A stretch of 64,000 nt of DNA from an uncultured Desulfobacterium sp. (GTDB lineage: Bacteria > Desulfobacterota > Desulfobacteria > Desulfobacterales > Desulfobacteraceae): NCBI GenBank assembly GCA_963675955.2, contig CAXXVR010000009.1, positions 930,441-994,440 on the forward strand, given 5' to 3'. The translations under genes and the position numbers were made by a program. Positions within the stretch are counted from its first letter, which is position 1. Every line of letters begins with the position of its first letter. Positions 1-10,627 of the stretch are shown here, piece after piece. The notes beneath the pieces are model-generated. The model worked only from the letters and a program-made list of their open reading frames with translations. It did no database searches and was not told where the DNA came from.

Positions 1-2108
1 AGTGATATCAGCCTTTGTTCCTTTAAGCAAAATCACAAAGCTTGGATCACCCATTAATTCAACAAACTGTTTCAATTCTTTATCTTCATAAGGAAATCCA
101 TCAAACAATGTCAATTAATTATCAGGTTGACTATCTAAATTTTTTTTCAATTGTTTTGCTAACTATTCGAAAGTTATTTCTTCCAACGGCCCATCTTCGC
201 CGCCTAATGTTTCTTTTAATTAAGTTGTTATTTTTTCATAGTCAGGAATTATAAAGCCTTATGAAGATTCTAATACTTTACTAATCGTGGTCTTTCCCAT
301 TGCTGGAGCTCCAAGAACTAATGCATACGATTTTCTTTTCACTAAGTATTGTTAGACATAACGGATATCCGCTTCATTTATTAAAAAATAACGCCCTGAT
401 TGATTATAGTAACTTTCAAGCATTATTTCATTTTGCAATTGCTTATCTTCTTTAATTGCATCAGCACAACTCATTACATAATCAATTGGGCAACAATCAC
501 TTTCAAACTGTCTGTAGCTTTGAAGACTTCTTGGAAAGCCACTAATTAGAAAACGTTTATTTTATGGATTATTAAACAAAATTTTTCTTAGCAACTGCAA
601 TTAAAGTGTTAATGGGATAGCTGTTATATGATATTTTTATAATTCATGGGCTAAAGCTGTGCCCCGAGAAATTTCTGTAGGAATTAAATACTTTAAATCC
701 AATTCAATAAACTATTCTTCTTTTTCGAGTTACTGGCATAAAGAAGGATACAATTAAGATTCAATACTATTATAAGCAAAAATTACCATTGGTTTTAAAT
801 GGGCAATAATTTCTAATTCTAATTATTAAATTGATTGGCAGGCATTAAGTTCAATTAAAGTACCACTTGCTAATAAATTTAGACAATAAATACTTACTTT
901 TTAAAGCTGGTAGGATTTCCTTTCTTGAAATTGCATATTATTCATAGCGTTTCATCTAAAATTCTTGTTCTTTGACTGTTTTATAATATTGAAAAATGTT
1001 ATTATCAACCTAATAATAAATAAAGTTGAAAATAAAAGTAACATTATCTTTTGTAGCTTGGAAGTAAAAGACTTTATTTGGCTTGATGAAATATTTAAAA
1101 TACACTTCCATTTACTTTAATGTTGAAAAAAAATCATCAATAATCAAGTTTCTTTCAGGGTTATCAACCAAATACTCTATGCAAAATCAAATAAAATATT
1201 GATTTTACCCATTAGTTTATTTACTTGTTCATCATTATTCTAACATTACTTTTCTTCAAAAAATTTCTAAAGATCTAAATAAGTATAGTTAATTCTCTCA
1301 CATAATTTCTTTGCAACAGTACTTTTACCAAGTACTGGCGCGCCATAAAAAAATATCACATTTGGATAAATTGATGGCAAAACGTTTTTATATACATCTT
1401 CAATTGACCCTTTTAAAAATATGAGATATTCAATTAAAATTGTACCTTCTGATAAAATATTAGTCACTTTACCAAATTTTTCATACATCTTTAATGCTTA
1501 TATCGTTTAATCATTAAAAGTAGTAATGCGCTTTCTGATTGTTTCTTCATTGTCATCAGCTCTTCCTGAAGTCAATCCTATATAAAGTGTTTTATTCATT
1601 CTTATATACCTCTATTCAACAATCTTTAAACTAAAATTTATTCTGAACAATTAAAATTCAAAATAAATTTTATTTCTGCAAAGGTGCTTTCAAGCATTAA
1701 AGCTTAATCAACTCCACGCGGAAAACCATCAATTAAATATTTCTAAACATATTTACTTTATAATCAACTAATACTTTATAATTTGTTTTTTCCAAAGCAC
1801 GAGTCAATAACTAAATAGTGGTCTTGGTTGGTACAATAGCACCTTCTTTGACATAAGCCTCAATTGTGCTTCCTAATGATGATTTACTTGTTTATTATAT
1901 TTAGATAATTCAAAGCAATTAACCTTGCGATTTCATCTCGCATTAAATCACCAATTGAAATATGTTTAAATTAAAAATCACGGACAAGTCTTTCGCAATG
2001 AGTACCTTTGCCGCTTCCTGGGCCACCTAACCATAAACTAAAATAAACTAATCAATTACCTAAAATATAAATGATTTATTTTTCTTTATTTTGTTTGTTT
2101 GGTTCCAT
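1..2108 (-). CDS. Multi-domain adenylate/NMP kinase (3' end runs off the window)
   Basis: Spliced translation with TAR=Gln gives [48 protein letters not shown], then LIDGFPR and GRADDNEETIRKR. Further NMP-kinase repeats follow: FFYGAPVLGKSTVAKKL, FLISGFPR, LVLGAPAMGKTT and LFDGFP. Confidence 0.88.
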
Positions 2109-2458
2109 TTGAATTTCAAGAGAAAATCTAAAACTGCCAAAATTAAATTTTATTAAATTATTGTACTTTTGAAAAATAAAATTTGAAATGTACTAAAAAT
2201 AAAAATAAGGATAAAAACTTATATAATAAAGCTATTTAGCTAGTTATATAAAATATAAAGTTTTTGAATATATTGAAGTTTGTTTGTGTTTTGATTTTAA
2301 ATGTTTGAAATATAATAAAATTAATAAAAGCAACTATCTTTTTAATATAAAATTTGACCAATCAAATCCTAGATTTAGCATAAAATTAAATAAATATAGA
2401 AAAGAATTCATTTGAATAAAAAAAAGCACAAAATAAAATTTTTAAAATTTATTCATTC

Positions 2459-2876
2459 ATGGCAAAAGCAGTTAAAAAAGCAAACAAAAAAGTTGTTGAA
2501 AAAAAATAAAAAAAAATAAAAAAGGAAAAAAAAGTTAAAGATCCCAATGCCCCAAAACGTCCATTAACCTCTTTCCTTTACTTTGCATAAGCTAAAAGAG
2601 AAGAATTTAAAGTATTTATTTTGAATTTTTCTTAATATATAGAAAGAACATTCAGAATTATCTCACAAAGAAGTAATTTCAGGCCTTGGAAAGCTGTGGT
2701 AAAGTATGAACCAAAAAGACAAAGAACCTTTTGAAAGCAAGGCTAAAAAAGATTATGATAGATATATCAAAGAAAAAACAGCTTATTAAAAGAAAAATCC
2801 AAAAAAAGTTGTTGAAAAGTCTTCAAAAAAAATTAAGAAAGTTACACATTTGCATTTTTATAATTTTTAAAAGTGA
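2459..2876 (+). CDS. HMG-box (Nhp6/HMGB-like) chromatin protein
   Basis: Lys-rich N-terminus, then KDPNAPKRPLTSFLYFAQAKREEFK|KEHSELSHKEVISGLGKLWQSMNQKDKEPFE. GT-AG intron at 2612-2642. First in-frame TGA is 2874-2876, with an alternative at 2895-2897. Confidence 0.9.
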
Positions 2877-3074
2877 GTTGATATTGAGGCAAAATGAAAA
2901 TAATTTATAATAATTTTTTTTTGGAAAAACTTTTCTTAAATAAAGTAATTAAAATTTAATTTATTAATATAAATAAACAATTTTTTGTGTCCAGAAAATT
3001 TTATATAACAAGAAAATTGATTAATAAATTTATATATAAAATTTAAGAGCAAACTAAAATAAAAATATAATATC

Positions 3075-4179
3075 ATGAAATTATTTAAATTCATTACAAT
3101 CTTCAACGGTATATTTTTGATTTGCAATGCTGCAGAATTTTCTTATTCCAGCTAAAACGAATGGGAATCTGTTTTATTTTCTTTTTTGAGCTTTATAAAC
3201 TATAGTATTGTTCAAGTGGTGAGATTTAATCACCAATTCAGATTAAGACATCCATTGTAGATGTAAATGCTGTGGAAGATTTTTAATTAGTAATAACTGA
3301 TCTTAAGAATCAAGAGGATGCTACAATTGAGAATGATGGAGTAACTATATTAAGTCAAAGTATTTTATTTGAATCTAATATAATTTAAATAATTTTTGAT
3401 TTTAAGACAATTGGGTTGGTTTTACAGCAAGTGATGTTGAGAAAAGGCCAAGAACATATGAAGTTGCGATACTAAATAATTGATTGAATTTTTAAATAGG
3501 CTGAAACAATAACATTTCATTCACCAAGTGAACACACAATCGATGAAATCTAGCCAGACTTGGAGCTTCAAATATTAGCAACCCAAACATCAGGATACAC
3601 GGTTCTTATTAATTTTTATTTATTAAACTCAAGGATAACAAAATTTAAGGAATATTAAGTTTATTATTTGTTGAAGCCGCTGGTGAAGATAATGCAATAC
3701 TCTAAGGATTTTTAAATTTTATTGAGTTAAAATTTATTAATTTAATAATAGTTATTTATTTTATCTAAGAAATTAGGATTCTGATGGAAGCTAATTCTAA
3801 GATATAAATTTACATGATGTTTTATTCCCATTACTTGCTCATTATAATTCGTCGTTGTACTATTATACTTATCAAGGATCAATAACAGTAAATTTGAGTT
3901 GATTTAACTTAATTATAGATACCACCTTGCAGAGAAGCAGTCAATTGGTATATAATAAAGAATTATTTCCCAATTTCAACTACTTAATTGAAGGTTTTCT
4001 AATCATTATGGAGTGGAAACTCAAGTTTTGCAGCAGGAGCTGGAAATAATCGTAATTTGCAATTACTGAAGGAAAGAGAAATTGCAATTGGAAAAGCATA
4101 TGTTGATAAATTAAGTTCAGTTGCATTAACTGTCATCTCAAGCCTGCTTGCAATTTTCGTATTTGTTTTATTAATTTGA
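3075..4179 (+). CDS. Alpha-carbonic-anhydrase-like protein with signal peptide and hydrophobic C-terminus
   Basis: MKLFKFITIFNGIFLICNA signal peptide, then CSSGEIQSPI (TAA=Q), FHSPSEH, YYTYQGSIT|IPPCREAVNW and GNNRNLQ. Hydrophobic tail ends at TGA 4177-4179. Several ~30-nt introns. Confidence 0.82.
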
Positions 4180-4322
4180 AGAAAATCTTAATTGATTTAA
4201 TTTAAATTAAAAATAAAATCAAATTATAAAAACTATCAGAATAATTTTAAATCACTTGATAACTTTAAAAGTATTATAATTCACAAAAGCATTAAATATT
4301 AATTTAGAATTCATTAAATCAA

Positions 4323-5406
4323 ATGCATCTTTATAACTAAGCAACTAAAGCCTTTACTATTAGATTAAAAAGACCATTGAATAAACTTAGTAATTTATTG
4401 ATTAAGTGTATTTGTAAAAACAGATTCGTTATAAAAAGAATCAAACTAAGATTACAAACTTCAAAAACAACAAACTCTTCCAATTAGTATGTTAAATAAA
4501 ATCGAAAAACCTAAAACAACCGAAATTCCTGAAGAAACAATACGCTCCTCCAAATTGTTTTAGGAATCAGTTCAATTAGCAAAAAAATATAAAAAAAAAC
4601 TAATAAAACTAAAGAATGTAATTTATTACTCAAATAAAATTAATAATTTAGTAAGTAGTTGAAAAAGAGCAAGAAAATACAAAACTGCAATAGCAACTTA
4701 AGTAATATCAAACTTTAAAAAGAAAGCAATTGAAAAAAATTCTAAAATTATTGAAAGAAAAAGCTGAATTATAAGAATATATTACAATACTGTAAAATTA
4801 ACTGCATTCAAGATTTTAAGAAGATGATTATGATGATTATGCAGATGATTTAGATCATGAGAGCCAACTTGAAAGTGAAAATAATTATGATAATGACTAT
4901 TAGCATCATAATGATAATGATGAATTGTAGGAAGATACGTTTGAAAGAACATTTTAATTGCATTCAATAAGAATAAATTAGTTTCGTGATTTTATTTAGT
5001 AATTATAGTAAAATTAAATCCAATTATTCCCAATGAGTGCTGATTTTACTGATTTTAATCCGGATTCTATGAATTATGAAGTAATATTTATTCCTTTCAA
5101 TTTATTTAGTAATTATTGGAGTTATAAGATAGAATTGGTTATGCTAATAAAGGATTCTCTGAAGAAGAAATTAATAAAATTCCAATAACAGAATATTAGC
5201 CCAATAAAGATCTTGACTAAAATATGTAATTTGAAAGTAAAATTTAATTGAATTTGTAAAGTTGTGCAATTTGTTAATGCTCCTGGGAATAAGGCGATAA
5301 ATTAAAAATCTTAAATTGTCATCACAATTATCATTCCCAATGTATTGATGAATGGCTTAAAAAAAATAAAAATTGTCCTGTTTGCATATAAGAAGTTTGT
5401 CTTTGA
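4323..5406 (+). CDS. RING-H2 E3 ubiquitin ligase
   Basis: [10 protein letters not shown]|[15 protein letters not shown] followed by [44 protein letters not shown] at 5404-5406. Start is approximate. Confidence 0.85.
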
Positions 5407-5465
5407 TATTTTAAAATAATTAATTTCAAAAAATTTAATATAAATTTGTAGCATAATTTATTCGT

Positions 5466-7014
5466 TCAAACACTCTTTGGCAAAATTGGAATTTTCCATT
5501 CTTTGATTACATTAGTGAAAACTTCGCAACAGTAATACTTCAGATTATTTTAATATCCCTTAGAAAACGGTGATCCATATTTTTCTGGCCAATCTTTTAA
5601 ATAAGTAATTTTTTACCAAGCCAATTTTTCCCCTAAAATTAAATTAAATACTTCTAGTCAATAAATTTACAGGTTGATAGATTATTTAATGCTAAAAATG
5701 AATGAAAAATTAACAGCAAGATTATTTAAATTAAGAAATAGAAAAATTAAAATGCAGCAAAGGCTGATAATACAAAAATGTAGGCATTATCAAGTAGTTT
5801 CAAATGGTTTCGTTCTTTTATAGAATAATATGTTACATAAATTATTGAGTTCAATAAAGTTCATAATTGTAAGATCAAGTACCAATAAAAAAAGCATCTA
5901 TTATTCTATCCTATACAGTTTCCTTCAAAAACAATTATTTACTAAATTTATATTACCCATTCAAGGACAGTGATGATCATATAATGCCACACATTTGTTG
6001 CAATCCTTGCAATGTTTTGTTCTAATTGGTTAATAATGCTTACCTAAAACATTTGTTTTGACTAAAAATTACAAATTTCGCAAAATCTCTTTTGAATCTA
6101 TTAAACCTCTTCTATTTAGCTTGAATTTAATTTTGTATCAAATTCATTACTTAACTATTTCTCAGAAGTGTTTTTACTGTTTGATTTGCATTAAAATGAA
6201 TTATTGATGTCATCTTAAAGTATGAACTTGATAAACATTTAATTTTCATGTAGTTAACATTATCCTTGATATTTTCATTTGGTTCTATGAATTTATGATC
6301 ATTTTCTTTTAAGTTATTATTTCATTAATCATAAAGTATTTTTCGTGATTCAATTTCAAGGTTCGGCTTTTAGTTGAAAATTAATTTTAATAAATTACTT
6401 CTTATATTTATTTCTCTAGGATTTAATTTGTTTCAAATTAATTCTGCTGAATTTAAGAAATTTTCATTCTTCCATTATTTTATTAATCCAAATTTACATT
6501 TATTTCTTTTTTAAACTTAAAGATTACAAACTATTTTCAAAAATCAACTTATATATTGCTTTTGTCATCATTACCATCATAACTTGGCAATGGTGAAATA
6601 TTTTTTTCCTCCATTGATTATTTGTTCAAAAATATATTGAATGTTGATTGCAATTCTACCTTTGAAAATAAGTTGTTCTTTCTTTAATTTTACTTAATTT
6701 TTTACATCATTAAGACTATTTATTTACTAAGTATTAGATGGTAGATAGCCAGGATCTCTTAAATACACTATTATATACATTATGTTGGAAAGAAAATAGC
6801 TGCATCTAAAAAGTTATTCTCAAAATTATTTACCAAAAATTTATCGAAAACAATTTGCATATTTCTAATATGTAAGGATAATTTAATATAATCATAATTA
6901 GTCCAAAAGCTTAGAATAAAGTATAAATAATCGGTGCTACTGATTCTATTTACTTTTTTATTATGGATTAACTTAATTTTAACTTTTAAACATGCAAGTC
7001 TTAGAACGAAGCAT
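5466..7014 (-). CDS. DHHC palmitoyl S-acyltransferase
   Basis: RTKHCKDCNKCVALYDHHCP(TGA=W)MG motif, DPGY motif and flanking TM segments. End placed at the first TGA after EWKIPILPKSV, which is uncertain. Confidence 0.88.
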
Positions 7015-7147
7015 TAAAAAATATTTAAATATAATATTTAAAATAATTTAATTAATTAATAGAGTTTTTGTAAAATATATTTTAAAATTGCTAATTTTTT
7101 AATAATTTATTTTAGTTGAGTAAATATGAAATAAATTAAGATCTGAA

Positions 7148-8469
7148 TCAACTTCTTAGTTGTGAAGATAATTATTTTAAAGCTTCTATCCTTTAGTTTA
7201 TTTCATTTTTATATCACTGATTTATTTCTTCTCTAAAATTATGATTTCTTTTAAATTTCTTAATCTCTTTAACTTATCTCTTTAACATATAAATTTTAAA
7301 ATAAAAAAAACAAATGGTAAGGAAAAGAAGAATAAATAGCATATATATTTGAGTACTGGGCCTTCCGTATTTCGATTTAGACGTAATAAATTTGAGAGTG
7401 ACATCATTTACACCTAAAATTGTTAATTCTCCAATAAAACAATCAAACTAGAAGGAAAACAGTAGTACTGTTTTAGGGGAAGCTTATAGTTATTTTTTAA
7501 AAAATTCCTTTTTTAGTTTAATTTTTTAGTTCAGCTTTTGAATTATTCTCTTTTAACTTTAATAGTTTTAATTTTATGATTATTCAGAATTAGAATAACA
7601 ACTTAAGGCCCCTTAACTAATTTTTTTGCATTATTTAAAATAAATTTCATTGCAAATATTTGTATTTCAAGTTTAAAATAAATTTCATTTGTTTCATTTT
7701 TTTTTCATATTTAAAGCAAATAAAATCAAACTTCCAATTAAGAAAATCAAGGCCAGAATGAATTTAGTAATGACAATGGGTCTCACAATATCCAATATAG
7801 ATTTAATATATCCATCCATGTAGCTAATTGAGCTTGAGCCGTAACCATAAGATTTACATTGACTATTGGAGTATTTTTACAAATTTTCTTGAAGCTTTTC
7901 AAGTGAGTTTGTATATTCTTCGCTTACATCCATGTAATATATAAATTCCACAATAATTATAATACTTAATATAATAAGCACTAAAAATAATAATGAAATC
8001 ATTCCCAGTGGGTATTTCTTCTTTTTTAGCACTAACAGCAAAATGCTAACAATAATTTTATAATAAGAAAAATTACAATAATGCGAAGGAAACCCATGCA
8101 AAAATAAAACTAAGCAAAATAAAAACTTAATTTGCTTCATGTTATTCATCATAGTAATCATTTAATGCTTGAATACGTGTTTAATCAGTATTTAATTTGT
8201 AATAGCATGTATTTGACACTGTTGCACTTTATCCCATAATATTTAAAATCTAAATATTTAATATTTTATCAATTAATAACATGCATATGAGAATCGATTC
8301 TGTTTGTATCCTATAAATAATATCCGCCAAATGCCAGTGTTGAGCAAATAATTATAGCGAAAATAAAAATCAAAGCCCATAAAAGTAAGAGGTGTAAATA
8401 TCTTTGCTTGTGTTTGACAGTGTGATATTAAACAACATAGTTTTCTTCGTTTAATATTGGATTTACCAT
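7148..8469 (-). CDS. Hypothetical multi-pass membrane protein
   Basis: MVNPILNEENYVV... with several hydrophobic segments (overlaps track ORF 7877-8161). Ends ...SQLRS-TGA. No family recognised. Confidence 0.55.
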
Positions 8470-8678
8470 TTTAATTTTGATTTTTTTAATTTTAATTTTT
8501 TTTAATTTTTATTTTGAGTGAGAAGATTTCAAATTTTAAATTTAAGAAGAATAATTAATTAATTATTATTATAACAAATAAAAATGATATTATTTTTGAA
8601 TAAAATTTAAATGCAGACATTATTTCTGTAATTTAGAGGAGGCAGCCTCTAAATGAAAAATTTTTTAATTATATTAGC

Positions 8679-10407
8679 TCAATAAGTGATTTTGTTTTTT
8701 AATTACTGTCGCAGCTTCTTTAAACTAAATTAATAAAGAAATAAATCTAAAACTTCTGATAATTCCTTTGCTTTTTGCTTACGAGACTTTAAATCAATAA
8801 TTTTTTAAATCTGAATGTTTTTTTAAATAATTTCTGGTAATTAATAATATTTTTTATTAGTGAGAAGATGCATATCTTTTTTGGTTAATTTAACCTTTGA
8901 GCCAGATGCAAGCCTTTCCATAATTACTCCAACGGACTTATTTATTTATATTGGAATTGTTTTCATTTTTTCCATTTTTTATGAAAGCTTTTACTCTTAA
9001 CTAATCTCGATACTAATGCAACTATTAGTACATTTATTATAATTATTTTTCAAATATTTTAATTTAAGTTTTTAGTAATGTTCATTTTATTTCAATTAAC
9101 TTATCATTTATGATTTTGCACTTAAAGATCCTCCAATTTAACTTGGAGATTCTATATTATCCTTACTACTAGCACTTTGAAGAATTTTTGAAGTTTTTAA
9201 TAATTCCTAAGTGATTGTATTTTAGTTCTGATTCAATGAAATATTGTCAAATAATTCGTCTTATTATTGCTTTTCTTAATTTTCAAAAGATTTAAATTAA
9301 TTTTTTTATTGAACTGAACAATATTGTCTTTATTAATTCAATTTATTAAACTCATTTTCTTTTATCTTTGGAATAATTACATTTTCTTTAACTTATATGG
9401 ATTTAAATTATCATAATATATACAAGGGGAAAAAGAAATATCACAATTGTCAAGCAAAAAATGCTATTCCATTTTTGTTATGTCTTCTAAAGACAAGCTT
9501 CTTTGTTCTTTCTAATGAATAATAAAAATGGCTACTTTTTTAAAGCTAAACTTTTAAATTTGGGCTACTTAACATTTATTTTAGAAAATTTTTGTTTAAA
9601 AAATTGCCAAAAACAGATCTTTACTTTAAATTTTTACAAATATCCTTTTCCTAAAGTATTTTAAAAATAAAAAATACTTATTACATTTTAGAGTTATTAT
9701 TGACATAATTTTTCTTAATCATCTTTTGCTATTAATTGAGATTAATTTTTTCTTATTGTTATTGTTTAGAATTTTGGGGAGCAATTTTAATTTTTTTAAT
9801 TTTACTTTTCTCAAATACTTTTCTACTCTTTTAATAGTATTTAATCATTATTCAATCTTTTTTGGACTTTTTTATTTAATTATTGGATTAAAAATAAATT
9901 ATTTTACTTTGAAGAGATTTTGTTTTGGCTTTTGGTTTAAATAACAACTTTATTTCATTATTTTTTATATTCTATTCAAATTATTTCATAAATAAATTAA
10001 ATCAAAGAACTTTTATGATATTACTATTTTTTTAGGACTTTTTTTCTTATCATTTAGAATTGTGTTAATTAGTTTGAAGTAATTATTTATCTTTAAAATT
10101 ATTTTCCCTTTTATTTATATACTTTCCATCTTTGAAAACAGATTTTTCAATTACTTAATTATTCATTTCTAAATTTTTTGTTTTCACATTTCTAAATGAT
10201 GATGATGCCTATAACTTAAATATAATTAATTTTATTGTTAAATAATATTTTTACTTAAGGTTTTACATTTTAAACATTACTGCAAACTTTAGTATGGGAT
10301 TTGGATTGTTCTAAAGTATTTTCAAAAAATGTTTATTTTTTTAATGGCAATTTTAATTTTTATTGCGATTTTTATTTTTAATTCTTTTGCAAAAATTTTG
10401 AAGCCAT
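8679..10407 (-). CDS. Hypothetical Q/N/K-rich coiled-coil protein
   Basis: Starts ATG GCT TCA AAA, with a long low-complexity frame under TAR=Gln and intron-like GT..AG blocks. The 3' end is ambiguous (see findings). Confidence 0.45.
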
Positions 10408-10627
10408 ATATTTAAAAACTAATTACTTAATATAAATAGTAAATATATTTAATTTATTTGTTTAGCAATAATAGTTAAGAAGATGAAACATTTCAAATAA
10501 TTATTCTAATAAAAATAGGTTAGGGATACTACTAAATTGTGAGATCAATGACATTTTAATGATCTCTTTATTGAATAATAATAAAAATAAAATTTAATTT
10601 TTTAATATTTAAATTTAATTTACTGAA

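Noticed and set aside
5961-5963. In-frame TGA as selenocysteine or cysteine (Euplotes-type)
   Set aside because: Aligned residues are Trp in all motifs checked and paralogs show TGG. Cys positions use TGT or TGC.
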